DNA of 52,896 nt from Phoronis australis (taxonomy: Eukaryota > Animalia > Phoronida), in contig NMRA01000025.1 of the NCBI GenBank assembly GCA_002633005.1, positions 1,660,304-1,713,199 on the forward strand. Reading direction: 5' to 3'. A program made the translations under genes and the position numbers. How positions within the stretch are numbered: position 1 is the first letter of the stretch; the number at the start of each line of letters is the position of its first letter. The notes below the pieces were generated by a model. That model saw only the letters and a program-made list of their open reading frames with translations. It did no database searches and was not told the origin of the DNA. This document shows, one piece after another, positions 13,781 to 26,784 of this stretch.

Positions 13781-14679
13781 AGGTCCACGACCAGGTAATG
13801 CTTTTTGAAATGGTTAATAATTAACAGCGGTACATAACTGAGACATAATTATTTTTGTTCCTAATTTTGGCGCCCATTAAATTGCGTAAGGAAAAATGCC
13901 AAGAAACAGGTTGAAGTTATGTAGTCCGCCAATATGCTATTCTAGTAATCTGCAGCAGTCTTTGTGAAAAACGTTTTGCTATGACGTCCCTGTCTTATCT
14001 GTTCAAATCAGTGGCTGTTCGACGCCAGGTAGCGCTGTTTACTTTCGAGCGTTACAACACATTTTTGTTGTAGACATCGTTTGTTTTAACCTTGAGCATG
14101 CGCGTTGAAATCTACCAGCAGAAAGTCGAACATCAACTGTTCAAAGCGTCTGTTTTTACGATTTCTGGTTTATAAAAAGCAAGGCGAGTAAAGACGACAG
14201 CTGATTCTCCGGACGGGCTTTTTGGTAAGATTTTTGTGCTTTGACCACGAATTTCTTGCGAACTGGGTGAAGCAGGACACCGGGAATGGTGTTGGGAGAA
14301 AGAACAATTCCTCATGCCATGGTTTGTTGAACCTCTGTTTTGTGCTGGGAGTAATATTATAGTCCTAGGTTTTGTGTAAATTTATTGAGTTTTGTGTTTG
14401 CTATGGACGGCTGAAGTGAAGCACCCGTGGAATTTCTAGTCGGAAGTGTCATACCTTGTAGTATTATAGTGTATTGGGGACGATCAGAAGCTGAGGACGC
14501 CTGTGCCTGTGGGGTGTGGGGAGGACAGTCAAAACTGAAAAAGTAGGTGGTGCTCCATATCTGCCTCTATGTAAAACCCACATCAGTAAATTACCTGATT
14601 TCAGACTTCAAAGTTAACTATAAGACAATTTGTGTTATAAATCGTTTCCTTGGTCTTTATATAGTCCGATTACCTCTCG

Positions 14680-15030
14680 TCGTCAGTCTCCAAAGGTCGT
14701 CCGCCATCTTGTTTCGCGTGCAGCGCTGCCACGCGGGACTTAGCGTTCCAATTTGGAACGCTCGTCTGCACGTTAGGTACTAACCTCTCGGGAGAAACAC
14801 GCGTGNGCACATGACGACCATAGGTGTCATTATAAAATGGCTGCCGAAAAGCAATGCACAGTTGAACAACTCGGCTTAAGTAAAAGAAAACGTTTGAATC
14901 AACGAATACTATATATTTGTGAGAGTTAAATCAAGTCCTATTCAGATCATAACTTTGAAGTGGAATAATTGGGTGAGTAAGACAACAAGCCGGTTTTATG
15001 CTTAGGCGGACGACTATAGGGTTTCGGAGT
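14680..15030. mobile_element. Ends of the same TIR element as 18555-19900, joined across an assembly N
   Basis: Direct sequence similarity to 18565-18680 and 19676-19900; N at 14806. Confidence 0.65.
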
Positions 15031-16356
15031 GTAAGTTTGTAATCTTTTTGTCACGAATTATCGCTGATAAATAACTTTTTGTAAGTTTTTTAGCACACGA
15101 TTTTCCGCCATGCTATCAACTTTCGAAAAAGTGCTTCTTGTTCCTCCAATCCAAAAGAGCACTATACTTTCGATTACAAATATGAAATTTGGAAAGGATG
15201 TAGTTTAGATGTGTGCGCACCTGCTCAAATTCTTTTCTTGAAGTCAAGGCCAAGTTTTCATGGCGTGTTTTCGATCGTCCGGAAGGCCTAATTTTGATCG
15301 GTTGGGAGATTGATGTTTTTGCAGTTGCGTAATATGCCCCCAATTTTTAGATGAAGAATTTATCACTCTTTTAATTGAGAATTATTTCATTTTCAGAAAT
15401 TCTGTCAAACTGCTGCGCCTTGGCACTTTTCAAACAGCAGTCGTTAGTTCACTAAATCGCCGCATGTCAGTGCCACGAGCAGCTTTGTTGAAGTCCAATG
15501 GTGCCGCAACTTAGCCGTTCAAAACAAAATTGTTACAAAGACTTTTTGTTGCGTAGATGATGAAATCCTTCTTGTTAAGAGGATTGGTTTGTTTTCCCAA
15601 ATGGTCTTTTGTGTACTGTCTGATGTTTTTTGCCATGATACGTTCTGATAGTACATAGGTGGGGCAGCACTGAAAAAAGTGGGGCTATAGCCTCCCCCAG
15701 TCCTCTATCAGGCTATGATGTGCTGCCCATGTAGTAGTACTCTGGGGCAGATCCAGGATTTTTTGTTAGGAGGGGAGGGGGTGGCCAGGGCAGAGTATTA
15801 GGCAGGATTTTACCCATAAGGTATTTGCACCTTCGAACTGCCAAATGAAATCTTGGGGAGTTTTGGGGGGGGGCATGGCCCCTTTCACGCCCCCCCCTTC
15901 CAAATCCACCAATGTTATCTTTTGGTATGATGTGAAATTTCGTCCTAGCTCAGGTGTATTTATTTCTAAGCTTATGTGTTGTCTTTGCTCTTTTCCTTAT
16001 AAGCTGTGTAATCCATTGTTTTCGGGGTTGATGCTCCTGTTCCATATGCTAACAACACACTTAAACCGCAATATCTGTGCAGAAATCGATCCAAATTGTA
16101 TATAATACACACCACCATGTTCGTCTCAATGAGACAAATCTTTTGATATGCAGCACATATATATTCTTTTATTTTTTACGAAATTATGTAGAAAGTCAGA
16201 TATTTTACGCATAATCGTCGCATTTCAACGGCCATTTTCTCGGTTACTGCTCACCCAATTTTTATGATTTTTACACCATTTCATTTCTCACACCAAGGGC
16301 TTTTCAACAATGTATGACACATGGGCGTTGTAAAAAAATTAAAAACGTCCTCCCTA

Positions 16357-17181
16357 CAGTAGACACTGGTGACCTAAAGTCGTGAATATAGGCATAAAAA
16401 GCAGCTGATTGTCATACAACCCAATTTCCGTTAGCAACTGCTCATGTGGTGTCATGGACATATATCAGTCTTCACAAATATATGTGTTTTGACAATCTTA
16501 TCCCTTATTTGTCTCCGTAAGCAGAGTTTTGAAACAGTCACTGATATCGCCGACCATTTTGAATGAGGCCCTAAAGTCGTGACCGTTTCGTTTAGACGAA
16601 AATACACGAAGTAAGACCACACAAATCAACTACAGTGCTTACAGTTACTCTAGACGACATAAAAACGCATCGCATTAATTGTTTATTAATTCAGTTTCAA
16701 TTGAAATAAATTGTTATGTCTTTTGCACCCAACTTCGATGTGCACAGACATTTTCAATGAGGTTATCTACGTAAAACACTAAGAACCCAGCATCAGTTAT
16801 CTCTCTGTATTTTGTTGCTTTGGCCTTACAAAACTTGGTCGACTGTGGGACATTTTGATACATTATTCAAGCCACCCCTGGAGCGCGTGTTACAGGAAAT
16901 CTGAATGATGTTTAGTTTCGAAAATATATTCTGAAAATGCACAAAAAAGTGGATTAGTGAAATGTGCTGTTTTTAAGATGCATTTGTAAAAAGAAGCCAC
17001 ACACTCACTGTATTGTGAATATCAACACGTCCTGGTATTCGTTTGACGTTCGTAAGCAAACAAACACTGGAAACTTCAACGCTAGATGTCGCGTGACCGC
17101 ACAGAAGCAGAAATAAGTTCACAACTTTAGGGCACTCATGACTTAAGGGCACTCACGACTTTAGGACCTCTAATGGTACTA
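16357..17181. mobile_element. About 820-bp non-autonomous TIR transposon (Tc1/mariner-like), copy 1
   Basis: Starts TA|CAGTAGACACTGGTGACCTAAAGTCGTGA and ends TCACGACTTTAGGACCTCTAATGGTACT (imperfect TIRs). Colinear with the copy at 20478-21272. Confidence 0.75.
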
Positions 17182-17213
17182 TGGGGTTATTCCCTTCACT
17201 GACTTCAGCAAGA

Positions 17214-17670
17214 GTAGACAGTACCACCGTTACAGCTGGCCACAGTGGAGATGGTAGTCATCCCATTGGCCCTCCATATGCTGAAAGTTTTTCAGCAAAT
17301 TATGCCTCACATTAATTAAGCCATCAAAGGCGCGTTGTTATAACTACCTTTTGCACACAGAGGGACACCTTAGAGGTCCACTGATGTCTTTAACTTTTCA
17401 CAACTCAAACAAATGTGGGCAACTGAACAAAGGACCCTTCGAATAGTTTGATTGCGGAGTATTTGTTTGAGCTGTGAAAAGTGAAAAAGGTAGACATCGA
17501 CGTCCTCCTAAGGTGTCCCTCTATGCACAAAAGGTATTTATTGCAACATGACATTGATTGCTTAATTAATGTGAGGAGCAATTCACCTAAAAGTTTCTGG
17601 GATATGGAGTGCTTATAGGATGACTACCATCTCTACTGCAGCCTGTTAAGACGGTGATATTGTCTACAGC
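17214..17670. mobile_element. Foldback/MITE with imperfect inverted arms of about 200 bp
   Basis: Mirror blocks: GAGATGGTAGTCATCC/GGATGACTACCATCTC, CCTCACATTAATTAAGC/GCTTAATTAATGTGAGG, AGAGGGACACCTTAG/CTAAGGTGTCCCTCT, CTCAAACAAAT/ATTTGTTTGAG. Confidence 0.8.
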
Positions 17671-17893
17671 AAGAGCTGAAAAGAGGTAATCAGTCGAAGC
17701 AAATCGACCTTGGTTAATTTTTAATATCCCGGAATACCAATTCAATCCGACAACATCGGACTTGTTACAGTAAATCTACTTTACAAAGAACAAACACAAC
17801 AGGGCTCGACGCTATTAAAATCGCCAGGTCGCATTTTGCGACCTAGCCAAAATCCCAGGTCGCATTTTCAAAATCCAGCTCGCATTCGGTAAA

Positions 17894-18553
17894 GCAGAAT
17901 GGTGAATGTTGGCCAATTCCCCTTTTGTCCACTGACGTCACAAGCATACTGGCGCCCCCAGTGGAGGCCCTGAGAACTCGTAAACAAGCATGCTGGCGAC
18001 TGTGGTTAAAGTATTTTTTTATGATTTTTCCAGAGTCGCTATGTTTTAGAGTGTTTTTTAAATAATGTTGCATGTCATACCTCTCACAAAATTAATATTG
18101 TTCCAATAAATTAAGAAAATTGGAATATTCATTCTCGCGATCCTGCAACACCATCCATATGTTCTTCTGTGACACACGGCAAAGCCAAAGTTTTATCCCC
18201 ACGCGAAATAGCCTCGTTTACGCTCGACTAAAAANGCCAAAGTTTTATCCCCACGCGAAATAGCCTCGTTTACGCTCGACTAAAAAGGAATCTTTCAACC
18301 ATAATTAATTGATACTATATACCATTCATTATTATATACCATGCATTATGTTTTTAGAAAAAAAAACGATACTCAACGTCCCACAATAAATACAAGTCCG
18401 TTCGCCAGCTTGGCTCGGCCGTTGCTAGGCTGGATACTACCGGGTTCATGAACTCGGTTTAGTTATGAGTTTTCAGGGCCTCCACTGGGGGGCGCCAGTA
18501 TGCTTGTGACGTCAGTGGACAAAAGGGGAATTGGCCAACATTCACCATTCTGC
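17894..18553. mobile_element. MITE with near-perfect TIRs of about 90 bp (contains an N join at 18235)
   Basis: GCAGAATGGTGAATGTTGGCCAATTCCCCTTTTGTCCACTGACGTCACAAGCATACTGGCGCCCCC at 17894 is mirrored at about 18480-18553. Confidence 0.8.
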
Positions 18554-18554
18554 C

Positions 18555-19900
18555 GTCGGTCAGGCTCCAAAGGTCGTCCGCCATCTTCTTTCGCATGCAG
18601 CGCAGCCACGCGGGACTTAGCGTTCCAATTTGGAGTGCTCGTCTACACGTTAGGTACTTACTTCTCGGGAGAAACGCGCATGGAAGAACTGAGAATAAAA
18701 TTAATGCATTTACCGACTGTTTTTTTGAGACCACTTAAAAACTTGTGGATTTTACTAATGCCCTTTTTTTGTTCATTTTCAGAAGATATTTTCGAAATTT
18801 AATTTTCTTCAGATGGAGCAAAAAACAACTCAGAGATTGTTTATGCATTGTATCTATTTGTCCCAGCCACTAACCGACACCCGTTAGGCCAAAGGAAAAA
18901 CGCAGCAGACAAATGGAACACGCTGGGTGCTTAACAGTTTCGGCTCACGCATTCGTCATCAAAATATTGTCCACTTGTTTTTTATTGCAAAACACAGTAC
19001 TGAGCTAAACATTTATGTTGAAATTTTTGGTTAAAGCATTTTGAATTTATTTGAAAAAAATTAAAATACTTGAATTGATAGAGAATGGCCACCAATAAAG
19101 TAAAACATTGACTTTATTTCACTATACTGCATTGTTACGTACAACACAGCATGACATGATCAAAAATAAAAGAAGAGATTGAGCAATAAAACACAAATAC
19201 AACTTGGGTATTTATTTATTTATTTATGATTGCAGAAGCCTGTTAAAGGTGAGAAAAAATCAAACAATACGATATTGGGTAATTTATTAGAACAATTGTA
19301 TCGAGGTTCAATGATCAACTTGCACAGACAAAGTCCCAAAGGGTTACAGTTCTGTTTTGGCTGACAAGGTGTTAACAGAGAATGAAGAAAAACTGAAAAG
19401 AAAAAGAAAGACAGCAGAGATAAGTGATGTTAAGAACAACAAGAGCAAAAAGTTAAATAAAGAGGACACAAATAGAAAATAAGTAAGATCTATCTGGAAT
19501 AAAGCAATTGCGATTTATTTTCCAGGACTGAAATTCTAAATCAATTTTAATCGATTTAAAAATCGATATCATACTAGTAAAACAGTTTTTGGTTGTAGTA
19601 GAATTGCTGTAAACCACTTTCCACTATTTTCTTGGCCTTTTTCTGTGTGGTTTTCTGTTCTTTCAAAAGGCGGCAGCATATGACGACCATAGGAGCCATT
19701 ATAAATTGGCTGCCGAAAAGCAATGCACAGTTCAAACAACTCGGCATAAATAAAAGAAAACTTTTGAATCAACTAATACTATGGATTTGTGGGAGTCAAA
19801 TCAAGTTCTATGCAGAGCATAACTTTGAAGTGGAATAATTGGGTGAGTACGACAACAAGCCGGTTTTATGCTTAGGCGGACGACCATTGGGTTCCCGAGT
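18555..19900. mobile_element. About 1.35-kb TIR element; second, gap-collapsed copy at about 14680-15030
   Basis: Ends CCAAAGGTCGTCCGCC ... GGCGGACGACCATTGG. The left ~115 bp and right ~220 bp recur at 14688-14805 and 14807-15030, joined by an N. Confidence 0.65.
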
Positions 19901-20477
19901 ATAATATGGAGGGAAAAGTAGCAGCATTTCACCTTTCCATTTTTTTATAATTGTGACCAGTTGATCATTTTTCCACGAAATTGTTTGAAATGATATCATT
20001 TTCACCAATATGGACCTCAAAAACAACTCCCGCTTTTTTCGCGCATTTGTGCTAGTAAATGCGTACCAGGGTCAAATTCGAACCCTTGGGACCGCAACTC
20101 GGGCGAGGGATAGATGGGTCTCGGTCAATTTGACCTTATGATAAACAATGATCTGTAGAAGTCGGTAGATTAGTTCAGTTTTTGACCACCAGGTGACTCC
20201 TTCCATTCAACATGGCGGTATCACTACCGCGTACCTGGAAATAGTGCCAGCAGAAATTTCACAATAAAATATTAAGGGAACGGGGTAGGAAAAAATTCTG
20301 TGCATTTTTGAAAAGATAACGTTGCAAGGAATCGAACGATACCAAAATCATGTGTCAATGTCGTCATATTGTAAACAATTACCTTTTTCAGCTTCTGTTC
20401 TATCCATGTGGCTCACAGCAGACAATTCTATTGTTGTATTATTGCAGGTTCACTAGCTAAGCCTCTAGGCCTCTAGA

Positions 20478-21272
20478 AGTAGACTCCGGTGACCTAAACT
20501 TCAAGTCGTGAATACAAGCATAAAAAGCAGCTGATTGTCATACTACCCAATGTCCGTGAGCAACCATGTGATATCATGGACATGTATCAGCTTTTTCAAA
20601 TATACATGACTTTGTTTTCCAGTCTTAAGTCGTTTTGAAACGGTCGCTCATATCGCCAGCCATTTTGAATGAGGTCCTAAGTCGTGACCGTTTCGTTTAG
20701 ACGAAACTGCACGAAGTAAAGCCACACAAATCAACTATGCTTACAGTTACTGTAGACGACATAAAATGCATTGCATTGTTTATTAATTCAGTTTCAATTG
20801 AAATAAATTGTTATGTGTTTTGCACCCAATTCCGATGTGCATAGACATTTTCAACGAGGATGTTTATGTAAAACGTTAAGAACCCAGCTTCAGTTATCTC
20901 TCTGTATTTTATTGATTTGGCTTTACAAAACTTGATCAACCCTGGGAAATTTTGATACATAGTTCAAGCTACCCCTGGAGCGCGTGTTTGAGCAAATCTG
21001 AACGTTGTATATTTTTGAAAATATATTCTGAAAATGCACAAAAAAGTGGATTAGTGAAATATGCTGATTTTTGAGATACATTTGAAAAAAGAAGCCACGC
21101 ATTCACTGTTTATTATCATATTGTGAATATCAACATGTCCGGGTATTTGTTTGACGTTTGTAAGCAGACAAACACTGTAAACTTTTAACACTAGATGTCG
21201 CGGGACCGCGCAGAAAAATAAGATCGTTCACGACTTTAGGGCACTCATGACTTTAGGACCTCCGACGGTACT
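20478..21272. mobile_element. About 800-bp non-autonomous TIR transposon, copy 2
   Basis: Diverged direct repeat of 16357-17181 with the same subterminal AAGTCGTGA / CACGACTTTAGG motifs. Confidence 0.75.
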
Positions 21273-22159
21273 CACCAGTTAAAACACAGCTACTCAAGCT
21301 TCGATAAAACCCAATCGAGGTGCTCGTCCCTGACAGCCTGATTGCCTGCTGAATGACTGCCAGCAGTATAAATAAAAGAAACATCCGGGGAACCATAAAA
21401 CTGACAAATCACAAGCCGCCACCACAGAAAGATCAAGGACGAATGATGTTGACGATAACAACACTATGCAACAATTTAAAAATAATACTACACAATAAAA
21501 TTCAATACGGTACTATACAGTGGGGCGTAGCATTGTATTGGATTGTTCTACTACAACAGTACAGCTGTGGTACTTTCTAATCCATCCTGTATCCTAGAAG
21601 ATTATCATCAAGTTATGCATTTCCTTGCTAAACTATCAGTCATGTTATTGACGTCACTCTGTGTGTTTGGAGGCAGTTGGAGATACTTCCAATTCCAGCC
21701 CAAACAAATGCTTTTGCAATCAACATCAAGATCATGTCTGAATAGTCCATGCGTACATGGAATTGAAAACTGATTTCCATTATGTACAGCCAATGCGTTT
21801 GCGGTTGAATGGATAGGTACAGAGCAGCGGCAGATTTGGGGGGGGGACAAGGAGGTCATTCCCCCCCCCCCCTAAAATTCTCCCATATTTCATTTGGCAG
21901 TTTGGGAGTGAGAATATCTGATTGGCAAAATTATGCCAAATACTTTTCCCTGCCCCCAACTCAAAATCCTGGATCCGCACCTGCAGAGGGTTGTGAGGAG
22001 GTCATTCATCAGCTGGCCATCCCAAGAGGGGCAGCACAGATGGGGTCGTGTCCACTGTGGTGATAGACTATGGCATTTTTATGTGTTGTCAGCATTTCCC
22101 TATGCTTGTCGTACAAGTTGTTTCTCTCACATTTCAGACCACGCTGACCAGTTCTCGCT

Positions 22160-25100
22160 ATGGATGATGAGGAACTAGCACTGTCCAGCTCAACTTTAGC
22201 AGCTCTCAATGAATTTTTAGCGGAACAAAAGGAGAGAGATGAGAGGAAGAAGGACACGCTGCAGAAGTTGTCAAACAGTGAACCATTGAGTGTTGACTTT
22301 GATGAAGACTGGGTTAGTGAACGTAACAAGTTTTGTACGGTGATTTGCCAACTTTCAGCACACAATGTGGCAGACAAACGAACTTTTATTTTTCGAAATT
22401 TTCAACAAAAACCAAATTAAATTAGAAAGGAAATTTTAGTCTATTATTAGCGGAAGTTGAACAGTCTAGGTGGCATAACAACACTTTGTCACCCTTATAT
22501 GTAAAAAGGCAATTGTCCTTTGAAAAGTAGAAAAATGAATTTTGACAAATATTTTTCTGGGAAATAGTAAAGAAATACCATACTTTCTGGTGCATCTTGT
22601 GTGTCCTTGGAATTTGATATTATGTTTGTACACCCTGAAGTGGCCTTACGCATTTTGCGAATGAGCACTTTCTTTGCAATTTAGTTTAAGAATTAGATGT
22701 TAATTTAGGAGCAAATTACATTCAACTAAAATGAGTACCTCAACAATTGGTATTAATATTTTGTCTACCTTTCCATCTCTGGCAGAAAGAGGTTGGGATG
22801 AGACGAAACGAAAGATTTTAAAGTAATATAGGACCTTATCACCTTATCGACATGTCTGAGCATTTAGCCAAGTGTCTTCAAAAGTAAAGAAAGAATGTGT
22901 CTCGCTATCATTTCTAAGTTTGGTCAGCAGGCCACCTGTGGCTACATCACATGGCCAGACTTCAAGATGTTTGCAATTCCTAACAATGCTTTGGAGAACA
23001 TAACATAAAACATAGCATGTGAATCGGAGCTGAATTTCCACAATGTAACATTCTGAGTGCTAGGGTCCTGCACATACATAAGTCTAAAGACCATTTTATC
23101 CAATTTTCTTTTGAAGTTTGTGTACAACCTTTCAGCAACTGAGTCAGTTCTGGTATGACGATGACACAGCAGATATTCTCGCCAGGGAAGCGCTAAGAGT
23201 GGTCGGTGAACACGGATGTATAGCGTGCGTCTCCTGTCCCACCCTGTATGCACGCCTACGCCAGGTGAAGCCACAGACTTGCAAAGGTGAGTAATATGTT
23301 ACTCATTGTGTGTTGCTTATTACAGTTAAGTGTGTGTTGGGACAATCTTAACCATAGACGTCTATATTGTCACGAATTTCCATGATCTGAACACAGAGGG
23401 CGTTTTCTGGAAATGATCTCTCCGTATCGCCGACAATTGCTGCTGTATGTTTGGTGGCCACCGTGTAAAAAGTTTCCACGTCGCTGTTATTAAAACCCCA
23501 TACAGCACTAATCAGGTGTTGTTGAAAACGCAGATCTTAAACTGGGTGATGAATGGAGTAGTGTGACCAATCTCTGAACTTTTTTTTATTCTTGGGCTAT
23601 ATTGCATAAAATCAGATACAATAACTCACTGTGTAGTAAAAGGTGTTCTATCCCAAAATTTTAATAGCAACGAAAGTTTTTATTGAAGACACTGCACGTG
23701 TCAAATTCTGACGTTTCCTTATCATACAGTATAAATGAGAATGGTTTGTTGGGGATCTTATATATTTATACATTATGTGTTTGTGTTCCATCAACATCTA
23801 CTTGTGCTTGGTACTATGTTTGTTCAGGTCAGTGGTAACGTTCAGCTTGATGCCCCTGAATTATCAAGCAACCATGATATTACATTGCATTTGGTTTGAC
23901 ATTCACCTCTTTGTTTCCCAGTGACACTCTGCCTCACATTTACTTGAACAGCTACGGTGGCAATAATCACTTATGGACTTTGAGAACCAGTTGATACCTG
24001 TTATTCAGTGCAGAAAACTGGTTCTCAAAATGTGGGAGTGGGACCCTGTGGGTGACCATTATGATTAAGGTAACATAGTCGCTCTATCTTACTGATATTA
24101 GTGTAATAATCATTAAATGTTTCAGTGACCCTGTGGGTGACCATTATGATTAAGGTGACATAGTCGCTCTATCTTACTGATATTAATGTAATAATCATTA
24201 AATGTTTCAGTGACCCTGTTCGAGTATGACAATCGGTTTGCTGTATACAAGGATGACTTTGTGCAGTACGACTATCGCTCACCTCTAGATATTCCCCGTG
24301 ACCTGAGGGATACGTTTGACCTAGTTGTCGCTGACCCTCCATTTTTAGCTGAAGAATGTCTGACCAAGACTGCTGTGACGGTGAAATTTCTAACAAACCA
24401 AAAAATAATATTGTGCACTGGTAAGAATATTGTGTTTTCTTGAGCTATCTTATTGCAAAACATGAGGATCCCACTAGAGATAAAACTTGACCATCGGATG
24501 ATGATTGTCAGACTGTTGGAGTTTGCTTAAATGCAAACGCAAAAGCTGTTGAATTCAGTCCAGCTGCTTGGGCTGCTTGGTCATATTATGTAACCCTTTA
24601 TGACAACTCATTATATCATAAATTTATATGTACATTTTGACTGTTGGCAGCCCAGCCAGGTGGCTCTCAGTTGTGTTGACAGGGAATGGTGTAATTGAAA
24701 CTTGTGCTTCAGTTCACAAATTTAATTGATCAAAAAACGGACAATCGCCGTACAGGTATAAAAGTTCATATCGATTCGACGTTTCATCTATTCATTAGAC
24801 ATCATCGGGTTGTAAAACAATGAGGCATACCAGTCGGGTTACATCCCTTCAGTGAAATGAATGTAGCAAGAAATACAGGGAATAGTTCTGGCTTGAATCC
24901 TACCTGTAATAGGTCCATCATGGCTTTATGTATTATGACCTTGCAGACCAAATTTAAGTCACTTCAAGATGGTTACTTCAACTCAGTCAAATTAAATCCG
25001 ATAGTTGTTATAACATAATAAATTTTAAGCAGTGCTCGTCAAGAAATCATGGAGCTGTAAAACCTCACATTTCCAAGCAATCGAACAGAAGACAGCCAAT

Positions 25101-25832
25101 TGAAACTTGCCAGTCAAATCAGATTTTAGTGAAAATCTGCGACTCTTACTGTACACACCTAAAGTGTTCAGACAAAATGATACAGAATTCCCGGCATAAC
25201 GGTTGGATGCAAGCCAAAGTTGTCATCAGCGTAGCCTTCTCTAATGACCCACAATGAAGGGGAATTACCAAGAAAATTAATAAAATGGCGAGGTCCTTCT
25301 GCAATGACAACTTTGATGCTATTATCGTCATTGCCAGACATTTTTGCTGTTAGCAGAATTAACCGTCGTGGTGGCATCTTGTAGGCTTACTTTTGTCTTG
25401 TGCTGTAGGTTCAACATGATGGAAATGGATAACATAGGCGGATCCAGGGGGGTCAAGAGGGTCCAAACCCCTCTCCCCTTTTCCCCTTGATGTTAGTGAT
25501 TTCAAATCTAGAATTTTCAAATTGTTGACTTGAACCCCTCTTTCCCTCTTTTTAAAATTCTTGATCTTGATCCTTTTCAAAAAATCCTTGATCCACCCCC
25601 CCTTTAAAAAATCCTGGATCCACCCTAGGATAACCATTTCTAAGCGTGTTATGTGACCCATTTTTTACCACGTTTTACGTTACTTGTAGGCGAAGTGATG
25701 GAAGAGTTAGCATTACGACTGTTGGAGGCCAAGGTGTGCAAGTTTGCTCCAAAGCACAAAAGTAAACTGTCCAATACATTTCGGTGCTTTGCAAACTACA
25801 ATATGGACGAAGCGCTGGACAACATTAGTTAG
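22160..25832 (+). CDS. EEF1AKMT1: EEF1A lysine methyltransferase 1 (N6AMT2/Efm5), 218 aa; exons 22160-22312, 23136-23286, 24211-24420, 25690-25832
   Basis: Motifs [15 protein letters not shown]|[48 protein letters not shown]|[21 protein letters not shown]. All introns are GT-AG with consistent phases (0,1,1). An acceptor TTTCAG ending at 22137 suggests an upstream non-coding exon. Confidence 0.95.
24042..24219 (+). repeat. 85-bp tandem duplication including the EEF1AKMT1 exon-3 acceptor
   Basis: GACCCTGT at 24042, 24127 and 24212 (period 85); TTTCAG|TGACCCTG occurs at both 24125 and 24210. Confidence 0.9.
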
Positions 25833-26041
25833 CGTTATTAGGACACACGAGTGTTGTTTGCATGGACAGGCTGTGAGAGGTGGCTGAAGTCTCGAAAACT
25901 AAAGTTTGCTGTCTTGTGTTTACGGTGAATGTGGCCTTTATTGAAGGCATTTTTGGTAAACTTTTGACATGTTTTACTGTAAAAGGCATTTTAAATCTTT
26001 TCCATAATAATACAACAGAAATGTCATTTCTTGAAACAGGA

Positions 26042-26135
26042 AAGCGTGATGCAATGAGCAGTCCAAGCGTGATGCAATGAGCAGTCCAAGCGTGATGCAA
26101 TGAGCAGTCCAAGCGTGATGCAATGAGCAGTCCAA
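26042..26135. repeat. 23-bp minisatellite x4, downstream of the EEF1AKMT1 stop (likely 3' UTR)
   Basis: (AAGCGTGATGCAATGAGCAGTCC)x4, perfect copies. Confidence 0.95.
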
Positions 26136-26784
26136 ATATTTTTTCTTAATGGCAGAGATGCTTATTTTTTTCAATCCCAGTCCCATTACATAACAATTTG
26201 CCATTTGACTTGTGCAATGGAGTCAGGAACATGTAATAAAAGTAATACAATAGTGATTCAGGTCAACCAATGTTTGCATTGTTTAACTTACACCTTGACA
26301 CTTACAGTTTGGAGAAATGTTATTTTTGTGAAAATTCTCATTTATAGAAATCAACTTTAGGTTGGAAATACCTTTTGGTGTAGGTAAATATACCAATTTT
26401 ATAGAAAACATCTTAAAAAGGGTCACATTTCCCTTTAACTGAAGACATGTGTTATACGATGTGGAAGAGCTGCAGTATAATACTGCTAGTGATTTACAAA
26501 ATGGAAGTAAATAATTATGTATAAATATTAAAGTATCAATATGACAATGAAAAAAACTTTTGGTGTTTCAAAAAAAAACAATACACAATAATAAAGATCT
26601 GTTCCCAGAAAGCACTAAAAAGCAATGTAGCTGGGCATTATATCTAGTGTAATGTTTCACATTTTGATTCATTGAAAATGAATAAGGATGAGACGTCAAG
26701 AACCATTGGCGTTCGAAATCTTGTTTTATTAAAATTATAGCAATTTACAGAGGGATCTTTTTGGAATATTGCACCAAGAACATC

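Noticed and set aside
18184-18286. Perfect 51-bp direct repeat
   Set aside because: The two copies are separated by a single N (18235), typical of an unmerged contig overlap; probably an assembly artefact.
20200-20240. YY1-like CAACATGGCGG motif as a possible EEF1AKMT1 promoter
   Set aside because: A single short motif with no transcript evidence; it cannot be tied to the acceptor at 22137.
9742-21980. Numerous 60-120 aa ORFs between the globin and EEF1AKMT1
   Set aside because: No recognisable domains or consistent exon chains; many overlap MITEs or low-complexity tracts.
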